In this document: positions 1 through 12,400 of the stretch, one piece after another
Layout of the letters: the number at the start of each line of letters is the position of its first letter
Numbering within the stretch: position 1 is the first letter of the stretch
DNA from: Marsupella aquatica
Taxonomy: Eukaryota > Plantae > Marchantiophyta
Direction: 5' to 3'
Assembly (NCBI GenBank): GCA_973895155.1
Contig: OZ316899.1
Coordinates: 11,001,135 to 11,065,134 of the forward strand
DNA length: 64,000 bases
The notes under the pieces: generated by a model
The model's database searches: none
Told to the model about the DNA's origin: nothing
The model's input: only the letters and a program-made list of their open reading frames with translations
Translations under genes and position numbers: made by a program

Positions 1-489
1 ATCTTCCTTTTGTACCCCCGTTACTGCCATGCATAAAACCAATTAAAATTGGTTAAATTTGCCCTTAAGCATACCCTATAGCCACAAGTGACGCCTAAAT
101 CCTCAACTACTAAACACGACCCCAAAAAAATTTAAAATTCAAATTTGCGAACCTATAAGCATGGCAACTTGCAAACCACATTTTTTGCGAAGGCGTTGCG
201 ATGGAGTTTGCGATGCGCATTTGTTCGCAAAGGCATCGGAAAATTGAAATGGAAAAAGTCCATCATAGACTTTGCGAGGGGTTTGCAAACAAATGTGCAT
301 CGCAACACCTTCGCAAACTGTGTTCCCAAGAGTTTTTAAAATTTGCCAAAAATTCTAAGTGTCAAAGTTGCCCTAAACTAGTAACCAAGCAAGCATGCAC
401 AACAGCAAGAACATTCGGGGATGTCATTCACTTGCATTGCACAACTCTGAAAGGAATAGAGAGGTTAGGGAGGAGCAAGAGGCACTCAC

Positions 490-1509
490 AAAGTGTGACT
501 TGAGGCCGGGGAGCCCGCCTTGACCCAACTTGTGGACTGGATTGGGGGTGGATTTCACTCGTTTGGCTGCATGTGTGAAACGCTTGGGTGGCTTTCCCTC
601 CTGGTCGGCCACCTTCTGCATCTCAACTACCTTCTGCTCAAGTGGCTTTAGGTCATGGTCAGGGGGGAGCTTCCCGGCCTCCTTTGCTTTCAAGGCTCGA
701 TCTAGATTGCCCTTCCACTCTTCCAACTCGTGAGCTGCCTTAATTTGCACCTCAATCTTGTAAAACAAATTCCAGATGTCCTTGGTGAAGTGGAGGGGTC
801 TGCACAAGTTCCTGTATGATCTCAAGTCTTTCAGGTGGGCTCTAATCTTCATCCTGTCATGGTATTGCATTTGAGACATAGAATTTGAAATCTTATCTGC
901 CAACCATTGCTCATCTATGTCAGGCCCATTGCGAAATGCATCCTTGATTTGGTTGATGACCCTCTTTCGCTCTGCCTTCTCAATCTTCCCCCACTGCATG
1001 CCTCGTGAGAAATTGCTTGTGATAATCTGCTTGATTGTGCTCTTAGCCCCTGCATACGCTAGCTCAGTTGGAGTCCCACTCGTCTCCAAGGCAATGAATG
1101 GAAGTTTTGTTCTTGCTTCCTCTTTCTGACGTTGCTCCTCCCTCTGTTTTCGAATTGAATCTCTCTCCTCTCTTCTCTTCTGCTTCTCTAGGGCTTGAGG
1201 AGAGGCAACTCCCGACTTAGTTCTTTCCTCTCTCTTCCTTTTTTTCTCTCTAGCCTTCTCTTCAGCTGCGGCCCTCTCCTCCCCTTCTCTAGTAGCTTGT
1301 CCTGCTACAATCCCAGTTTGCAAAACCTGTCCAAGAATGGCACTCAAAGAGGCAAGCCCTACTGGAGAATTGAGATTCACTTCTCCCAATTGTGCAGCAC
1401 TGAGATGTTGGGCCACTAAGTCTGCCCAGGCATTCTTCTCTTTCTCTGGATTTCCCCCATTGCCACTACCACTACCACCTTGCCCTCCACTCCCCTCACC
1501 GGTAGCCAT
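490..1509 (-). CDS. First exon of a CACTA accessory (TnpA/Ptta-like) gene, divergent from the transposase
   Basis: Open frame of ~340 codons with a charged coiled coil, 'WGKIEKAERKRVINQIKDAF' and 'KRVKSTPNPVHKLGQGG' resembling TnpA/Ptta segments. GTGAGT donor at 489-484, so the gene probably continues leftwards. Confidence 0.6.
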
Positions 1510-1959
1510 AGCTCCCCTCTCTCACAGTCTCCCTTGTACTGTCGCGCGCGCCCCGGCCCTTCTCGTCTCGCTCAAAAACTGAAATGAGCCCGAATGCGAG
1601 CTCCCGCCGATGTTTACGCCGTTCAAAAATGGGTTTGCGATGACATACGCATGGGAAACTGCAAAGCCCGCGCCCTCGCAAATAGTCTCGCAACTTGCAA
1701 GGCACTTCCAAATCTATTCCCTTCGCAAGGCCATCGCAACCCGCAGAAGACCCAAAAAGTTGTTCTCAGCCTCAGTTTTTGCGAAGTAAGTGCAAAGGCC
1801 GTAGGTTCACAAAAAGATTCTCTAACTTGTGAAATAATTTGCAAGGCAGGTCTTATCGGTTTAGGGTTGGAAAACACTTTGGGGTGTCAAACGCCTATTA
1901 AGGTTTGTCAAACGACATTTAAGGTATGTTAAGTGCCCATAAGTTAACATGGAAGGGGT

Positions 1960-2960
1960 GTCAATGGATGTTTGGGTTGTAAGGATAACTAGAATATAAG
2001 TTAACAAAGGTTTGGGTTTAATTAAAGGTTAGGTTTATATTTGGTTTTAATCTAGGAGTATTTGGTTTAATTAAGGGGGTTAAAACTTGGGTTAGGTTGG
2101 AATAAAAGGGTTGGGTTTAAATTAATGGGTTTGGCTTAGGGTTTTAATTAATGGGTTTGGCTTAGGGTTCAAGGTAGAGGTTTGCATTAGGTTGTGAGTA
2201 ATTACAGGGGTTGGGTTTGGTTTTAGTTGAGGGGTTGAATTGTGGTTGTTTTTTAAAGGGATTGGGTTTGGTTTTTAGTTGGGGGGTTTAATTGTGGTTT
2301 TTTTAAAGGGGTTGGGTTTCTAATGTAAGTGTTTGGGTTGGGGTGTAACATGATATAGGGTTGGATTTGGTTCTAATTGAGGGGGTACAATTTTTGCTTA
2401 AGTTTTTAAAAAGGGCCTCAATTTAGGGGTTAGGGTGAAGTTTAGAATAACTACAGGGGTGGGGGTTGGCCTATATAGGTAAAGTAAGGTGTAGATAGGG
2501 TAAGGGTTTTATATGTAATTGGGGGATTTGGGTTGGGTTTAGGGTAAAGGTTTGAATTTTTAATGAGGGATTTGGGTATTGGTTAGGATAAGGGTAAGGG
2601 TTTAGGGTGCTTGAGGGATTTGGGTTAGGTTTTAATGAAGGGTTTCATTTCATGGTTTGGGTTTAGGGTAGGGGTTTGGGTTTAGGGTAAAGGTTTGAAT
2701 TTTTAATGAGGGATTGGTTAGGATAAGGGTAAGGGTTTAGGGTGATTGAGGGATTTGGGTTAGGTTTTAATGAAGGGTTTCATTTCATGGTTTGGGTTTA
2801 GGGTAGGGGTTTGGGTTTAGGGTAAAGGTTTGAATTTTTAATGAGGGATTTGGGTATTGGTTAGGGTGAGGGTAAGGGTTTAGGGTGATTGAGGGATTTG
2901 GGTTAGGTTTTAATGAAGGTTTCATTTCATGGTTTGGGTTTAGGGTAGGGTTTGGGTTAC
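1960..2960 (+). repeat. G/T-skewed tract with GGGTTTAGGG motifs and about three ~140-bp tandem units (2530-2960)
   Basis: Repeated unit 'gggtttagggtaaaggtttgaatttttaatgaggg...catttcatggtttgggtttagggtagggg' is directly visible. Confidence 0.85.
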
Positions 2961-3389
2961 TTATATTTCTTTCTCTATCTCATTAACATGGAGTGGAAAA
3001 CTCTTTGGCGTTGTAGGGCACTTCCCCATGTTTTTTAAAGTTTTGGCTAATGCATGATAATGCCTTGCGAGAGCCCGGGCATCTGAAAGGTATAACGTTT
3101 TCTCATGCATTTCTAGTCATTGCTGTAAATATGGAGGGTTACAATCTATCATCCTTTTTTTCTGGTTCACCATAAGGCATGGCTTAATTCATTGTATATT
3201 GGCAGATTTTCCCCTCCTTCCAGATTTGGTTCATGAAATTTGAGCCACAAGATCCGTCAAGGCATTGCTAAGCCCGGGTCTCATAAAGGTATTTTTTGTC
3301 AATTCTTTTTAATATGTTTAGGTAGGGATTATCAATGATGGTTTTGGTGAAGTTTTTACTAATCGCCTTCCAATTGCTATACTTGTCAG

Positions 3390-3623
3390 ATGTCTTCATC
3401 CTCTACAACTTCCACCACATCAGATTCCTCTTCCGATGAAGCAAGTCGTCCTCCTCCTCAGCCTGAACCAACCGTACGTCGACCTAGTGGTCCACCACGC
3501 CAACTTTGTGGTTGTAAAAAATGTGTGGGGATGGTTGTCCAAAAGTCATATGTATGTGCGGAGCACATTGCTCGATATGGCCAACATCGAGGTCTTACAC
3601 CGGGAGCTTCTTCATCCCGTATG
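3390..3623 (+). CDS. First coding exon of the CACTA gene, carrying a Cys/His transposase-associated domain
   Basis: MSSS...CGCKKC...CAEHIARYG...SSRM resembles the CxCxxC...H motif at CACTA transposase N-termini. Ends ATG|GTGAGT (phase 0). Confidence 0.7.
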
Positions 3624-3735
3624 GTGAGTTGTAAACTTACTGTGATTTCCATTTTATTTTGTAAATCTTGCTAGGTAGCATAAAATAAAATTTGGGAGGT
3701 TCATCACACTCACTTGGTTCCATTTCTTCCTATAG

Positions 3736-4550
3736 GTATCCAGTAGGCCTACACCCACTACACCAACACCCTATGTTACCTCACAAGGAGTTCTAGATGC
3801 TATAGGCTCAGCACTTTCACAAGCTTTTTGTTTAGTGGCAGCAGGGCAAGGTAGTGTTGGGACAATTCAGGGTGACGGTATTGTTACAAGAGGGAAAAAA
3901 AAGTCAAAAAGACAGCCTAGAGGGGAAGTGGATCAGTACACTTGTAGGGTTGATGGTAGATGGGGCCCTTGTACCTTCACAGGGAAGTGTGTTCCTATCA
4001 TAAAGGATTGGAATCCGGAGTGCCTTGGTTTGCCATGTGATATAACCTATGGTGAGGAGATAGAAGTTTGGGGAAGACGTTGGGTTGTCAAGAGTTCGAC
4101 CCTAGGGGAGAGGCATGGGTATGGGATTTTCTCTTGTCAGGACATTATTGTGGATGATATGGGTGGAAAAGGGCGCTCTTCGGATGGACCAACGTTGTTC
4201 CCGTATGATGACCCATTTACAAGATGAGACATTGGAACATGATCCTTGTTCAACACCCTGAGTGGAAGACTTATGCATTGGACATGGATACTTTTGATGG
4301 TTGCACCAGAAAGTATTGTGACCAGCGTATAATTGATGGTGATCCCATACGTAGTGGGAATATTGTCGGTTTCATCAACAGTACTATGGGGACCCAGCCT
4401 AAGCGTAGGAAAAACTGTGAATGGGTTTTTGTTGATGGTCCCCCTCCAGCCCCTTATGGGCAGAGATATCATCATGACCATTGTCTAGTTGTAACTAATA
4501 GGACCATTTTGGCTGGAGAGGAGTTGTTTACACATTATGAATGGGATTAG
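3736..4550 (+). pseudogene. SET-domain exon inside a CACTA intron, with one frameshift near 4210
   Basis: TATAG acceptor at 3735, phase 0, open into ORF 3835. SET-like motifs: VKSSTLGERHGYGIFSCQDI, FPYD(G)PIY, IDGDPIRSGNIVGFINS, KNCEW, VTNRTILAGEELFTHY. Confidence 0.8.
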
Positions 4551-4722
4551 GATTACTTTAGGGACATGTATTATACGTTCATCGTATGTGAACGTATGTT
4601 TTGTAATGACATGTTCTTTTCATATTGTTAATAATATGTTTCGAGCACTACTATATTTGGAGTTAATTTCATTGTGAATGCTTTATTGTATTGTCTATAG
4701 AATGTGCGGCCTAGTCAAGATA

Positions 4723-7700
4723 TGTTGCCAAGGAGGTTGAGAGCTACATATCAAGAAATGGGCTTTGTGATGCCTAGCCAGGAATCACTCGACTAGTTTA
4801 AGTGGAATTGGGAAGTGTACCCTAGAAACACCTTAGTATAGTTACAGAAATAAGAAAATATAAACAATTAAGGGTGACTATGGAACCCGAGCCGAGACCG
4901 GAAGTAAGGACACCAGGGGAGAGAACACGATTAGGGTTAGGGCACGATAAATGCTGGCGGCTAGGGGTCACCAACGGGAGAGAAACGCCGAGGAGGAGAG
5001 GGGTAAGGACCGCTCGCAAAGAGTTGTGGCTCATTTGCAGGCACGAACTGGGCAGACGACTACGGGCGGCCAACTACTATCAGTTGCTTAAGCAAGCACT
5101 CAGGGGGGGAGCAGATACCGACTGTCAACTCGATAAGGGTATGAGCAACGTCAATCAAGCGGCACATTTTTGGGGATGCCTGTTCGAACGGGCAACTGAG
5201 TACATTGGGACTTACAAGGACGAAGAATCGGAGAGAGCAGCTCGAGAACGGCAGGAGCTCGCTCGATTGTGGGAGCTGCAGAAAGCTACCTTCTTAGGAG
5301 GAGAACTCAGCAAGGCCAAATTCTTGTGGACTCCTACTACCAATCAACTCGACGACCTTCTGTTTTGCGAAGGCAAAGTCATCGGCATCCTCAAAGCCAT
5401 CAAACGCTGCAACGACCTACACTGGGAGTTGAAGGGTAGCACGGAGGGGTGGACAAAGGCAACCGTGCTCGGAGAGACATCCACGGCAGCCGAGATGAAG
5501 AGGAAGGGAATTAACAACGACGAGGCCACCCCGGCAAAAAGAACGAGGTCGGCGGCACCAAAGAAACCAACCGAACAGCAGAGCAGGAGGCAGAGAGAAG
5601 CCGAGGAGGAGGAGGTCGACCCCATCAACGCCATTCCAACGAGAGATGACACCTGGAAAGGCTGGGCGGCGATCCTCCCCAAGGAGGTCCAATTACACTT
5701 TGCAAGAGAGGAGGATGCATGCTTTACGGCTATGCAGACTCGGAAATATCAGGGCTTCATGGCCGGATCCGGCTTGGAAGCCTTTGTAAGGTTACCGTGG
5801 CTGAAGCCGGAGGTGCCAAATTCAGACTTACTAGAATTCGTGGGATCATGGGAGTCCGAGACCAATTCCACAAGGGTGTATGGGAAGGAATTCTATCTCA
5901 CTCCCTAGGTGATTGCCGAAGTATTTGGCTTGCCGATGGGCAATAAGACCAAGGTAGATACCAAGAAGACCTTGCCAGACACGGAGTTCAGGTCGTTTCC
6001 AGGGCCTTCAACAAAGAATGGTTTTTTCCGTAACACTTGCACCAACCCGCATATAGGAGAGATTATCGATTTCTTGCGGGTGACCATGCATTGCAACTGG
6101 CCGAGAGCAGAGATCGGCAAGGCACAGGTCTATCTGGCAGAGAGGCCAGACCCAAGCCGAGACTACAACGGTTACCTCCTCACTCAACTAAAGAAGATCT
6201 TGAAGGAGGAACAGCTGGTGATTGGCAAGGGAAGTGTATCCCGGCTTGGCTATCACATGCCGCTATTGTGCCGGTATGCCTGAAGTAAGACCTTTGCCCC
6301 GGTACTTCCCCTATAGGCAAGGGCACCAGAGGAGGTTCCGGAATAGAGGCCGGCAATGGAGAAACCTAAACCGCCCGACAGTCCTACAATCGAGCAGGTG
6401 TTTAGGCCAAGGACGGAGGACTTGCCAATGCAGCAACCAGGCATGCAGAATCTGCTGAAACTGCTGGAGAAAGAAAAGAGAACGGCTATGGCATCGGTAA
6501 CAACAACAACAACGGCAACAACAACAATATAGGACACTGCTCCAAAGGTAGGCCTAAACCGGCTTACAAGGGAAAACCCCTTTATTGGAGTCAAGGAGAG
6601 AAGGAGGCCGGAACACGAGCCGGGAGTCCGGATGTATGTAGGAGCCTCTAGTCCCAAAGCCGAAGAGAAGCAGGCCGTAGCTCCCGGCCCCGACAAGGAG
6701 AACAAGAGATCAACACGGAAGCCGGAGGAGGAACCAAGACCGGCAAGAGGAGAAGCCGTGTTCACAACAAAATCAGGAGAACAGCGGGAGAAGCCGGTAG
6801 TCCAAGCCGAGGAGGAGGCGGTGGAGGACTACAGCAATGATAACTCCGGCTACGGGACGGATCATCATGTTCCAGGAGTAAGGACATGTGGCCCGTTTAT
6901 CCCCACACTCCCAAGAGTAGTCCGAGGGGACCCAAGCCAGCAGAGCAGCCGTGAGTCTCCCCCGCCAGATGTCGCTCCCCCAAGCTTTGATGGCATAAAA
7001 CAGACGGCGCAGGAATTTCAGGAGTGAATGAGGGAGGAAGAGGAGGCAGCCCTAGCTAGGGAGAAGGATTTACCAGGAGGAGAATGGCCAGAGAACATCA
7101 GACGGCTTGCAGAAAAACGAAGCAGCCCTCCGGCCATGATAGAGGAGATCCGCAAGGTGGCTTGGGAACAAATGCCGCGGTGGATGATGCCGATGACTTC
7201 TACTTCCTCCACCTATGCTAAAAATAGAGCCATGGAGTATGGGGAGATGTGTGGAGAACTAGCGCTCAGCATCTTTGGGGAGGAGTTGGAGCAGGGACCC
7301 TTTTTCCAGAGGGAGATGTTGGAGAAGCGCCATTTAGAAGAAGCAGTGGCCTTGGAAAGAAGCAAGAAGGACGAGGTCATCCGTCGGCTTAGGGAAAGGG
7401 AAGCCGAAATCAAGGACCTAAGGGCGGCCAAGAAAGCCCAAGATGAGCTGCGGATTAAGCGGCATGAGCTAAATATCATGCACGGCCAGTTGGATACCGC
7501 ACAGTCTGATAATCGGATGATCGAGAATCTACTGACGCAGACCCAAGGAGAGTTGGCCGATGCGATCAAGGAGCGGGAGAAGTGGAAGCGAGAGCTGAGG
7601 GATGCAGAGGAGGCCCACATAACAGCCAACAACCGGGCCATGGCGGAGACCCAGAGAAGGGAAAGGGCGTTGAAGGGGGAGCTCGAGGTTATCCGCGGAG

Positions 7701-9488
7701 CCCTTAAGCAGAAGGAGGCTGAGTTAGGGAAATCCTATCAAGGGATTATTGCACTGTAGCAGGAACTTGCGTCCCTGACGGCCAGCTTCAAGGCCGACCT
7801 ATGGGAGAAGGATGACCAGCTCGACCAGACTTATGCCAAGATGAATAAAATGGAGTCTGAGGTTGTAACGGAGCTCGACAAAGAGCTAAGAGCAACCTAG
7901 GAGGAGAGGGCTACCTTGAAGAAGGAATTGGAGGAAGCCCACAGGGAGCTGGAGGAAGCCTAGAAAGAACTGGAGGAGGCGCGCAAGGACCTGGACGAAG
8001 TACAGGAGGAGTTGGAGGAAAGCACGCGGAAGCTGGAGAACTTACAACGGCGAGCCGACAACCAAACGGAGCGGCTGAAGAAACAAGCCGCAGTAATTAA
8101 AGGCTTGGCTCCATCAGGCCCAACTCCAATTGGGGCAACCAAGTTACCAGGAGTGGTACTGGCCGAAGAACAAGCCGCGCCATTTGCACTAGTATCGGAA
8201 GTAAGTGGGAAGGGGAAGGGGCCAGCTGCCAAACCAGAAAAGAAGAAGAAGCGGAAACCTTCAGGGTCAGGGAGTAATACGGCTCCACAGGCCGTGGTGA
8301 CCAAGGAGGCAGACCCAGCACCGACCCCAAGCAGGGTCACGGCAGAGGATCCAACTACCCTAGAAGCAGGGGATGACGAAGCCGAGGCTCAGGCTGAAGC
8401 CGTGGGTGATGCCGAAGCTGGTGCCGAGGCCGAAGCCGAAGGTGGACCCAGTCAGGCCGATGGAGAGTTGACTCAGTCAAGGGCAGGTAATCTGTCAGAG
8501 AACGAACCTACGGCAGTGGCTGAGGTGGAAGCGTTGGGGGCGTCCACTGAGGAATAGACACCGCTGCCATGACGGTGGTGGAGGGCCGCTCCTTTCAGGG
8601 AGGGCGGACGTGGAGGGAGGAGGCGTGAGTGGGCAGGGCGGGCTCGGATCTCTAAGTTTAGGATTAGGATCAGGACCAGGAGGCGGCCCTGACACTTAGC
8701 TTAGTGGGATTGCGGTTCCACTGGTAAGAGCAACACTTGTACTCCTACCTTGCTGTACATAGGTAGATTCAGTTAGGTAGATTCGTTAGATAGATTTGGC
8801 TTACGCTGCAAGGAATTAGGCGGATCCGTGTCCAGGATAAGTACCTGGGCAGCGGGGAGTTCAGGGCCTCTTCTTTAGCAAGTTTTTAGTTGCACCAGCC
8901 GGGCTGGGATCAAGTAGTAAGAGAAGCTCTCGGTTAGTCATACAATGACCCTTGTGTATATTCATGTTTCCTCATGCCTAAGAGCTGAATAGAGTTGGCC
9001 TCACGGCTTAGTTCGCAGAGCTTGTGTATGAGATGTACTGTTTGTATGGCAAGTGCATGGTATGACTCAGTCAAAAGGAGTCATTTTGCTATTTGTGTGT
9101 CGCATTAACTTGTGTGAAGAGTGCCCACATCAACTAATAGATGAAGGAAAGTAAGCAAGGGAGTGAGAGTTGGATGTGTCGAGCTGAGAGAGGTCTTAGC
9201 GGCTTAACCAAGCCTATTGGGGATCATTCCGGCGGCGGAATCCAAATATACCCAACCAGAAGGAGAGGAAGAGAAGGGAAGGCCCAGATTAGGCCGGCTA
9301 CATATCTCATGACCCGATGAAGGATCTGTCCAGTATATGTGTGTAAAATGTTAATAGTATAGTAGAAGGAGGTTAGCAGCGTCCCATGCCACTAAGCCGC
9401 AAAAACAGCCTCGCCAAGCGCGAAACCTGCAGGAATCGGCTTGTGTTGGGGGGTTTCTTGGGTTTAGGGAGCCATGGGACGCACCACA
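4723..9488 (+). mobile_element. 4.8-kb insertion, probable coding solo LTR
   Basis: Removing it restores the transposase frame. Termini TGTTG...CCACA, but no clean 5-bp TSD; alternatively a TTGCCA direct repeat at 4725-4730 and 9491-9496. No gag/pol. Its ORF is homologous to the one in the solo LTR at 44073-48052. Confidence 0.65.
4874..8557 (+). pseudogene. ~1200-codon single-frame ORF (plant-transposon-protein-like domain plus long coiled coil) broken by in-frame stops
   Basis: ORFs starting at 4874, 5909, 6632, 7028 and 8012 are all in the same frame. Core: FMAGSGLEAFVRLPW...LLEFVGSW...TRVYGKEFYLT..IAEVFGLP...NGFFRNTCTNP..EIIDFLR. Confidence 0.8.
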
Positions 9489-12400
9489 GCTTGCCACAAG
9501 ATGGGGAAACATCATCAGCAGATTCCTCATCAAGTGACAATGATAATGACAGTCCAGATGAAGGGGCACCTCGGACAGATTATGAGGTCATGCAAGACCA
9601 AGAGTCAGCCATGGATGACTTCATGACAAATTGGTTTGGTGTAAACATTGGTGGTGAAGGAGGTGTCCCACCCAATGAAGGAGATCCTCCACCAAATGTT
9701 GCACATGATCCAAGGCCTCAACATACACCTGAAGGACAAAAACAATGGGAAGAAGTTGAGGCACATGCTAGAACACCTATTTATGGGGGTGCTCGTTTGA
9801 ATAGACTATCTGCCATCTTGGCATTGATGAATCTTCAGGCAAAACACAAGGCAAGCAATGCGCTACTATCGGATTTGTTTGCAATTTGCCATGATCTCTT
9901 CTTACCCAGTGAAAATGTGTTGCCAGGAACTTGGAAGGAGGCAAAGAGGGCTCTATCATCCATTGGCATGGAATACCATATCATTCATGCTTGTGTGAAT
10001 GATTACATTCTCTATCATGAGACCAATGCCAACGCAACTGAGTGTCCAATTTGTCAAGAGCCTCGATATGAAACCAACATGTTGACCTCAAAGGTGCCTA
10101 GAAAAGTTGTTCGTTGGTTTCCTATTATTCCTCGATTGTTGCACATGTACCGATGTTCTGACTTGGCAGAATTGATGGTATGGCATAAGACACATCGATC
10201 AGAGGCCGGTGTCATGCGGTTGCCAGTTGATTCCCCTGCTCACAAGCATGTGGAGTCACAATGGCCAGAGTTTGCACGTGATCCTCGTCATGTGAGGTTG
10301 GGGTTGGCATCAGATGGGGTGAGCCCACACTCCCTTGGAGGGAAAGGGCGCCCTACTTCGGTTTGGCCGGTGGTTGTTATGAATTACAACCTTCCCCCAT
10401 GGTTGTCCATGAAAAAGGGATTCTTATTGCTATCATTGATTATCCCAGGTCCATCTAAGGTAAAAAACATGGACACCTACTTGGCGCTCTTGGTTGGGGA
10501 ACTCCATAAATTATGGGGGGGTGTATGGGCATATGATGGTCGGACAACTACAGGAGGGTTACCACGTGTCTTCCAATTGAAGGGAATTATTATGTGGACC
10601 ATACATGACTATCCAGGTGAGTGGTATGGATTTGTATTTTTTTCATGTATTGGAGATCAAGTTTGTTTGGAAGGAAGCCCCTCTTTAATTCTATGTACAT
10701 GAACTTTTCAATTCCTTTGACTCTAATTGAGAATGTTATTTTGTGAGCAGGGTTTGGGTTTGTTTCTGGGTTCCAAACTCAAGGGTACAAGGCATGCTCC
10801 ACTTGTGGTCCAAGCCTTCATGATATGGCCAAGTACTCAAAATGGCTGCACAAGATAATCTACCTTGGTCATACCAAGTTTCTTCCACTTGGGCATCACA
10901 TGAGGTCTGACCCCCTTTTGTTTTCAGACTTTGACATGATCAATGGTGATGAGCGTGAGATACCTGACCGCACAACATTTTCGTATTGGAAATCCATAGC
11001 TGATAGGGTGGCAGACCCTGAAGATGCCATGGGATTTGATGGTAGTGGATTGACAAGGTGGAGTATACTGGCCACTTTGCCCTATTGGCCTGAGTTGAAG
11101 ATTCATCACTTGTTAGACCCGATGCATATAGAGGGAAATGTTGGGAAGGCTTTGATCAAGCACTTTTATGGGGAAAAGAACATTAATTTAAGGGAGGCAT
11201 GCTAGGATCTAGAACAACATCCAGATGTATGGATAACAGTTGATGAATCCACAGGGATGGAACATCATCGTCCTTCAGCTCCATGGGTTTTGAGTGTTGG
11301 TGAAAGAAGAGAGTTTCGACAACGCATAGGGCAGATGCGGTTTCCTACAGGCTATGGTGCCAATCTACGTAAGGCTTTTGGGTGGAGGACAGTCATAAAT
11401 GGCCAATGTATCTCAAGACACATGACTATCATCGTTTACTACAACATATACTTCCTGTGGCAATCATAGGTTTGGGGAGTGAAGAAGTGCAAGACGCCCT
11501 TTGGTCACTGGGCACTTTGTTGAGATGGATATGCTCACAGGAAATATATGAAGAAGAGATACCACGGATGGAGGTATTGGCAGCAGAGGTGGTATGCAAG
11601 TTGGAGAAGGCCCTCCCTCCTTCCTTCTTTGATTGTCAGGTGCATCTTCTCGTTCATCTTGTGAGGGAGGTTGCCATTGCCGGTCCGGTGCATTGTAGGT
11701 GGATGTATTGGCTGGAAAGGTATATGGCCGTGTTAAAGGCTTATGTACAGAACCGTGCACGAGTGGAGGGGAGCATGGCAACTGGATACTTGGCATCTGA
11801 GAGTATGTTTTATTGTAGTAACATCTTAGCTACCATTGATCCTAGTTGTCCACGCACTTGGATGGAAGAGAGGGAAGTGGAGGAGGACCGTTTAACAGGT
11901 GCAAAAAAAACACGCTTACTAACCGCAGTGGAGTTGACACAGGTTAGTACTTTCATGTTGAGTAACAGCAATGTGGTGGAAGATTGGAGAGAGTTTTATG
12001 AGGATGCAAAGAGGGAGAGTCGTCGCCCAAGGATCTTTCCAAAGTTCCTTGAGTATATGAAGGAGAAAGTACTTCAGTTGGATGCTATGGTGGCCGGAGG
12101 TGAGAATGTATCACATTTTCCAGATATGACTCCTGAGGTTCGAACAATTGTTCATGGTCCTTTAACACTTGTTCAGACCAGAACAACAATATGGACACAA
12201 GGGAGGCATTTCAGGATTTATGACCTTGATGAGAAGAGGGGAAGAACTTTTGATTGTGGAGTTCAAGGGCAGTTCATGCAAGATTCACAAAGTAGCCGTC
12301 ATGACACTAATGTGATCAGAGATGCGGTGCCTCACTATGGGAAGATTGAGGAGATCTTGATCATATCCTATGATGCCGATTCCAAATTTGAAGAGTATGT

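Noticed and set aside
1960-2960. True or interstitial telomere
   Set aside because: TTTAGGG motifs are dispersed within longer units inside a transposon, not arranged as a continuous 7-bp array.
9386-9488. N-terminus of the transposase as given in the ORF track
   Set aside because: It lies within the inserted element; the real upstream exon sequence is at 4701-4730 and 3390-3623.
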